Shown one piece after another: positions 6,305 through 10,677 of a DNA stretch of 10,677 nucleotides. Every line of letters begins with the position of its first letter. Within the stretch, counting starts at the first letter, position 1. Position numbers and translations under genes: made by a program. The notes below the pieces were generated by a model that worked only from the letters and a program-made list of their open reading frames with translations, did not search any database and was not told where the DNA came from. Source of the DNA: Promethearchaeota archaeon (lineage in GTDB: Archaea; Asgardarchaeota; Lokiarchaeia; Sigyniarchaeales; SOKP01); NCBI GenBank assembly GCA_048940925.1, contig JBHLOC010000061.1, forward strand, positions 1 through 10,677, given 5' to 3'.

Positions 6305-7744
6305 ATGATTATTATGAAATTAGAAAATTTATTTTACCCAAAATCAATGGCAGTTGTAGGTATTAGTAAAAAGAATCCATTAAGCCCGGGAAGAATCATT
6401 TTTGTAAAGAATCTTTTTGAAATGGAAGTAAAGGTGTATGGAATTCATCCAGAAGGGGGAGAAATAGAAGGAGAGCGTTTATATACCCGATTAGACGAAT
6501 TACCTGAAATACCCAATTTATTAGTAATTGCAATATCTGCTGAAGATACTTTAGAGTATGTGCAAGCTTGTGCTGATTTAAATATTCCAGCATGTATAAT
6601 TATTGGAGGAGGATTTGCTGAGATAGGGGGAGAAGGAATAAAACGGCAAGAAAAATTGGAGCGAATAGCATATGATAATGATATAGCAATACTGGGACCT
6701 AATTGTATAGGTGTTTATTCCCCACCTTTATTAGATACAATCTTTATGCCTACAGAACGGTTAACAAGACCGCCTAAAGGCACAGTGGCACTAATTAGTC
6801 AATCAGGAGGTGTTTTAGTAGATCAATTCTTTCACAAATTTAATGAAATCAAAATAGGGGTCTCAACTGCCGTCTCGATAGGTAATCGTGCAGTTGTTGA
6901 CGAAACTATGTTATTAGAATATTTTAGTAAATATGATAAGAACACATGTAATATTGCTTTTTATTTGGAAGGATTTAAGGCGAACACTAGCAGAAAGTTT
7001 CTTGAATTGGCAAGAATATCAGAAGATACTGTTATTGTGTATTTCGGAGGATTATCTGAGCAAGGAATGAAGGCGACTAAATCTCATACCGCAAGTTTAT
7101 TAGGAAATGATAAAATTATTTCAGCAGCAATAAAACAGAATTTTATTGTACAACCACAATCAGAACTCGAGTTACTTACATATTTGAAATTATTTGACGT
7201 ATTATCTCATAAAAGAAAACCATTTGAATATAATACAATTGTATATGGACGTGTTGCTATCCTGTCAATTTCAGGAGGTCATGGTGTCTTATGTGCTGAT
7301 CTCCTCAAAAAATATGGTTTAATTGGTATAGATTTTTCAGAAAAAGAAAAACAAGAGATGAAAGATTTAGTAAATCCAGTTGCGCGTAATATTTCTTCAT
7401 TTAATAATCCAATAGATCTTACTGGTTCTGCAAAAGATGAAGATCTTGAAAATATTATTCATTATCTTTCAAAAATAGAACGAATTGAATGTATAATTGT
7501 TCTTATTTTACCCTACACTCCTTCGATTTCTTTCCAGATTGGAAGAAGAATAGCGAATAGAGTGTCGATAGATAAAAAACCATTAATATGTTTTATACCA
7601 TACATTCAGAAATATGGATTGATTATAGAAGCCTTAGAACTTTCTAATATCCCTGTCTTCCATAGCATTGAAGAAGCAGTCCAAGCGGTTTCAGCACTTA
7701 AAATACTGACAAGAAGATATAATTTTAAGCAAAGCATAAAATAA
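6305..7744 (+). CDS. Acyl-CoA synthetase (ADP/NDP-forming) alpha-subunit-like CoA-binding protein
   Basis: LFYPKSMAVVG, GGGFAEIG, ILGPNCIG, ALISQSGG, SIGNRAVVD, YLEG, phospho-His motif KSHTASL (H261), SGGHGVLCAD, NPIDLTG; no ATP-grasp domain. Start possibly ATG 6314. Confidence 0.9.
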   Translation: MIIMKLENLFYPKSMAVVGISKKNPLSPGRIIFVKNLFEMEVKVYGIHPEGGEIEGERLYTRLDELPEIPNLLVIAISAEDTLEYVQACADLNIPACIIIGGGFAEIGGEGIKRQEKLERIAYDNDIAILGPNCIGVYSPPLLDTIFMPTERLTRPPKGTVALISQSGGVLVDQFFHKFNEIKIGVSTAVSIGNRAVVDETMLLEYFSKYDKNTCNIAFYLEGFKANTSRKFLELARISEDTVIVYFGGLSEQGMKATKSHTASLLGNDKIISAAIKQNFIVQPQSELELLTYLKLFDVLSHKRKPFEYNTIVYGRVAILSISGGHGVLCADLLKKYGLIGIDFSEKEKQEMKDLVNPVARNISSFNNPIDLTGSAKDEDLENIIHYLSKIERIECIIVLILPYTPSISFQIGRRIANRVSIDKKPLICFIPYIQKYGLIIEALELSNIPVFHSIEEAVQAVSALKILTRRYNFKQSIK

Positions 7745-7886
7745 ATAACTTCATTACTAAATGTTTGCATAAATTTAAGAGTGAAATAAGTTTACCTTTT
7801 GTATAAAAATAATTTAAATCATTTTTATATTTATATTAAAACTATTTTATAAAAAAGATGTTTAAATTAATTATAACTAATGTAAA

Positions 7887-9158
7887 TTGTCCAGTATGAC
7901 TAGTGCGAAAGCTCAACCATTCGATAAGGATGATTTTTCTAAATATATTAAAACCTTCAATTTTCCTCGTCTCGCAGGAACTGAGGGAGAGAAAAAAGCT
8001 GTAAATCTTACTAAAGAAACTTTTACAAATATAGGATTTGACAAAAACCAAATTATTGAACAACTGTTTAAATTCTCGAATTTTTATTCTGAAATACTTG
8101 TAAAGATTTATGTTTTTATGAATCTAATTTTTGTAATAGTTGTATTTCTAATCAGATATTTATATACTTTCTTAACTGTTGCTATAATTGGAACCTTTAT
8201 ACTTATTTTTCTTTTAATGATGAAGCTGTTAAGACACCCTGAACTTAACAAATTTTGGTTAGAGCATTTGGGAACATTTTATCACGCAACTAATATATTT
8301 ATAAAAATTCCTTCAAAGAAAACTGAAACTGAAAGAACAGGAGATATTATTATATCCGCTCATTTAGACTCAAAATCACAAACATTTAAAACAATTTGGA
8401 GAGTAACATTTTCAAGATCTTGGCTATTTGGGGAAATTAGTCTATTGCTATTATATACATTATTCTTATTAGATTATCATAATCTCGCAAATTTTAAGCC
8501 AATACTTATTATTATAGAAATAGGAATTATTATTTCAACTTGTTTAGTCATCTATTCCAATATTTATTTACTATTTCTAAAAACAGATAACAAATCACCA
8601 GGTTCATTAGACAATGCTTCTGGGATGGCGATTGTATTTGAACTTAGCTCTTTTTTTAGAAAAAATCCTTTAGAGAACTACAATCTATGGATTTGTCAGT
8701 TTTCTGCTGAGGAAAGAGGAACTATGGGTTCTCGTGACTTTCTTGATGCTTATGAAGATGAATTTTCTAAAGATTCGACATATCAATTTAATTTTGATAT
8801 GGTATCGATGGCAGAAAATAAAAAGAATCAAGTTGAATTTATTAAATCTTATGGTATTTTCCCTCGTAAAAAAATTTCACCAATATTAAGCAGATATGTT
8901 CACAAAGCAGCAATTGAAGAAAATATTAAGCTGCATGATTTCCACGTTTCAGTTGGTGCGCATACGGATTCACTACCTTTTCATTTAAGAAAATTCGATT
9001 CAATCGACATTACAACTCGTGCCGCAGCAAAATATACTCACAGTGAAAAGGACACACCAGAAAAAGTTGATCCACAGATTTTACTTGAGACATGCCAGAT
9101 TGTTCTAAATTCAATTTTGTTTCTCGACAAAGATTTTAATGAACTCTCTAATAATTAA
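7887..9158 (+). CDS. M28-family zinc metallopeptidase with inserted transmembrane helices
   Basis: RLAGTEGE, SAHLDS, GSLDNASG, SAEERG, NFDMV, HTDSLPF, YTHSEKDT; two hydrophobic helix pairs inside the domain. Start probably ATG 7896. Confidence 0.9.
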   Translation: MSSMTSAKAQPFDKDDFSKYIKTFNFPRLAGTEGEKKAVNLTKETFTNIGFDKNQIIEQLFKFSNFYSEILVKIYVFMNLIFVIVVFLIRYLYTFLTVAIIGTFILIFLLMMKLLRHPELNKFWLEHLGTFYHATNIFIKIPSKKTETERTGDIIISAHLDSKSQTFKTIWRVTFSRSWLFGEISLLLLYTLFLLDYHNLANFKPILIIIEIGIIISTCLVIYSNIYLLFLKTDNKSPGSLDNASGMAIVFELSSFFRKNPLENYNLWICQFSAEERGTMGSRDFLDAYEDEFSKDSTYQFNFDMVSMAENKKNQVEFIKSYGIFPRKKISPILSRYVHKAAIEENIKLHDFHVSVGAHTDSLPFHLRKFDSIDITTRAAAKYTHSEKDTPEKVDPQILLETCQIVLNSILFLDKDFNELSNN

Positions 9159-9235
9159 TTATTTTTTAATATTATTCGAGAAAAAAATCTCTACTTAGAG
9201 CATTCCTTCAAATTAACTAATAAGAGAGTTTTAAT

Positions 9236-9472
9236 TCATTCATGAGGTAAAAGTATCACAAGAAGTATAATAAGAATTAATCCTGCAAGAAAAATGATGG
9301 TTTGAATTATAGATTTCTTTAAGTTCTTATGCTTTATTAATTCAGGCATGAGTTCTGTGCTTGCAAGATATAAGAAACTCCCTCCTGAAAATGCCAAAAA
9401 AAACAAGTTGAACAATTCAATGATATTTGGGCTAAATAATTTTTTATTAATAATAATAATTTGGACTTTCAA
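9236..9472 (-). pseudogene. C-terminal remnant (last two TM helices) of a ZIP/ZupT-family metal transporter
   Basis: LAFSGGSFLYLASTELMPEL matches the ZIP TM7 motif, followed by a TM8-like helix; the upstream part of the ORF is low-complexity AT-rich with an in-frame stop just before the TTG; no room for TM1-6. Confidence 0.75.
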
Positions 9473-9511
9473 TTATCTTTTTTCTCAATGTAGTTAAGTA
9501 TAATAATATGG

Positions 9512-9530
9512 TTATTCTTCTAAAGAATAA
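9512..9530. promoter_or_regulatory. Perfect 8-3-8 inverted repeat, candidate operator for the DsbA/FrnE gene
   Basis: TTATTCTT-CTA-AAGAATAA ends 3 nt before ATG 9534, downstream of TATA-like TTAAGTATA (9494-9502). Confidence 0.4.
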
Positions 9531-9533
9531 ATT

Positions 9534-10151
9534 ATGACAGAAAAAAAGATAAAAATAACAGTATATTCAGATTATATCTGTCCTTTTTGTTATATTGGTT
9601 TCGATCGAATAAAGAAGCTTAAAAAGCAGTTTGATCTTGATGTCGAGTGGCAGCCATTTGAAATTCACCCTGAAACACCACGAGAAGGTATCGAGTTAAA
9701 TAAGTTATTTATCTCAACAGAATATTTAGAGATGTTAAGAAATAATGTAAAAAGACTCGCAGATGATGCAGGAATCACATTTAAGTTTTCTGATAAGCTC
9801 CCTAATTCTCGTTTAGCATTATACATCTCTGAGTTTGCAAAAACCAAAGGAAAGTTCGAAGAGTTTCACAAGTTAATATTTGATACATATTGGAGAGATG
9901 GAAAAGACATTGGAGATCTATCTTTATTATTGGATCTTGCAGGCTCAGTTGGATTAAAAAAGAATGAGATACTCAACTATATTGAAAGTGATGAACCACG
10001 AAATAAGTTAAAAGAAATAACCTTCGAATTAGGTAAATACGGAATAAATGGAGTACCAACATTTTTCATAGGTGATAAGGTTGTAGTTGGGGCTCAACCT
10101 TATGATATATTTGTAAAAACAATCGAAAATGTATTAGAAGAAGATAATTAA
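9534..10151 (+). CDS. DsbA-family (FrnE-like) thiol-disulfide oxidoreductase
   Basis: YSDYICPFCYIG, WQPFEIHPETP, PNSRLA, GINGVPTFFIG...GAQPY; no signal peptide, so probably cytoplasmic. Confidence 0.93.
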   Translation: MTEKKIKITVYSDYICPFCYIGFDRIKKLKKQFDLDVEWQPFEIHPETPREGIELNKLFISTEYLEMLRNNVKRLADDAGITFKFSDKLPNSRLALYISEFAKTKGKFEEFHKLIFDTYWRDGKDIGDLSLLLDLAGSVGLKKNEILNYIESDEPRNKLKEITFELGKYGINGVPTFFIGDKVVVGAQPYDIFVKTIENVLEEDN

Positions 10152-10152
10152 C

Positions 10153-10677
10153 CTAATTTTTATGATTTCTAATCTTTGAAAAGAAATCTTTGTTGGGTAC
10201 AACAAGAGATTTTGAGATAAACATATCAACAACTTGTTGCTTAAATTCTGGATCTTTTTCTGTTAATGCTAACAATCGATTCAAGTTCGCTCCATTGTTT
10301 TCATAGAAAAAATCGATCATTGAATGTTTTAGCTTGAAATTTCGGACAATTTTCTTAATTTCAAGGTTGTGTCTATAATCTCTTAGAATAGTTTTAGTAT
10401 AATCCTGTTCTTCTAAAGCCTTAATTGCTGTCTCTGCCGCAATCTTTCCAGATACCAATGAAGAATCAATACCTTCACCGCTTATGGGAGATATAAATCC
10501 ACCTGCATCTCCCACAATCATTAAGTTATCATCATATAAACTTTTTTGTAATACTCCTTCCATCGGGAATGGATAAGCTCCTGTCCATATGGTATTATAA
10601 TTGGAAGCGGGGATGTATTCTTTAATATGAGGATCATTTAAAAATTCATTATAAATCCTATGTAAGTTATATTTAAG
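10153..10677 (-). CDS. Geranylgeranyl reductase-family FAD-dependent oxidoreductase, 3' part (5' end outside window)
   Basis: VGDAGGFISPISGEGI motif; the frame stays open from 10563 to the window edge (LKYNLHRIYNEFLNDPHIKEYIPASNYNTIWTGAYPFP), so the track's Met is internal. Confidence 0.9.
   Translation of the reverse strand, partial: LKYNLHRIYNEFLNDPHIKEYIPASNYNTIWTGAYPFPMEGVLQKSLYDDNLMIVGDAGGFISPISGEGIDSSLVSGKIAAETAIKALEEQDYTKTILRDYRHNLEIKKIVRNFKLKHSMIDFFYENNGANLNRLLALTEKDPEFKQQVVDMFISKSLVVPNKDFFSKIRNHKN

Noticed and set aside
6396-6593. 65-aa minus ORF
   Set aside because: Shadow of the acyl-CoA synthetase gene.
7842-8063. 73-aa minus ORF
   Set aside because: Shadow overlapping the M28 peptidase 5' end.
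9665-9847. 60-aa minus ORF
   Set aside because: Shadow of the DsbA/FrnE gene.

Overview
AT-rich window (roughly 25-30% GC by eye) with archaeal gene content; a Lokiarchaeia/Asgard-like host is my inference from protein families and composition, not proven. The left third holds an IS607-family element. Its serine-recombinase tnpA (missed by the ORF track) is broken by two in-frame stops, while the overlapping tnpB is intact, of the rearranged RuvC-II type without a Zn finger, and is followed by a hand-foldable omegaRNA-like scaffold with a possible pseudoknot ending at a GG. Next come an unannotated CxxC thioredoxin-like gene with no ATG/GTG/TTG start, a palindrome-rich intergenic region and an HNH/Zn-finger protein lacking its usual acidic metal ligand. 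The rest: a probable 7Fe ferredoxin, RNase HI, a possible 33-aa basic microprotein, a membrane-anchored hypothetical, an ADP-forming acyl-CoA synthetase alpha subunit, a membrane-inserted M28 peptidase, a ZIP transporter remnant, a DsbA/FrnE oxidoreductase and a geranylgeranyl-reductase-family gene cut by the window edge. No rRNA, tRNA or CRISPR array seen.
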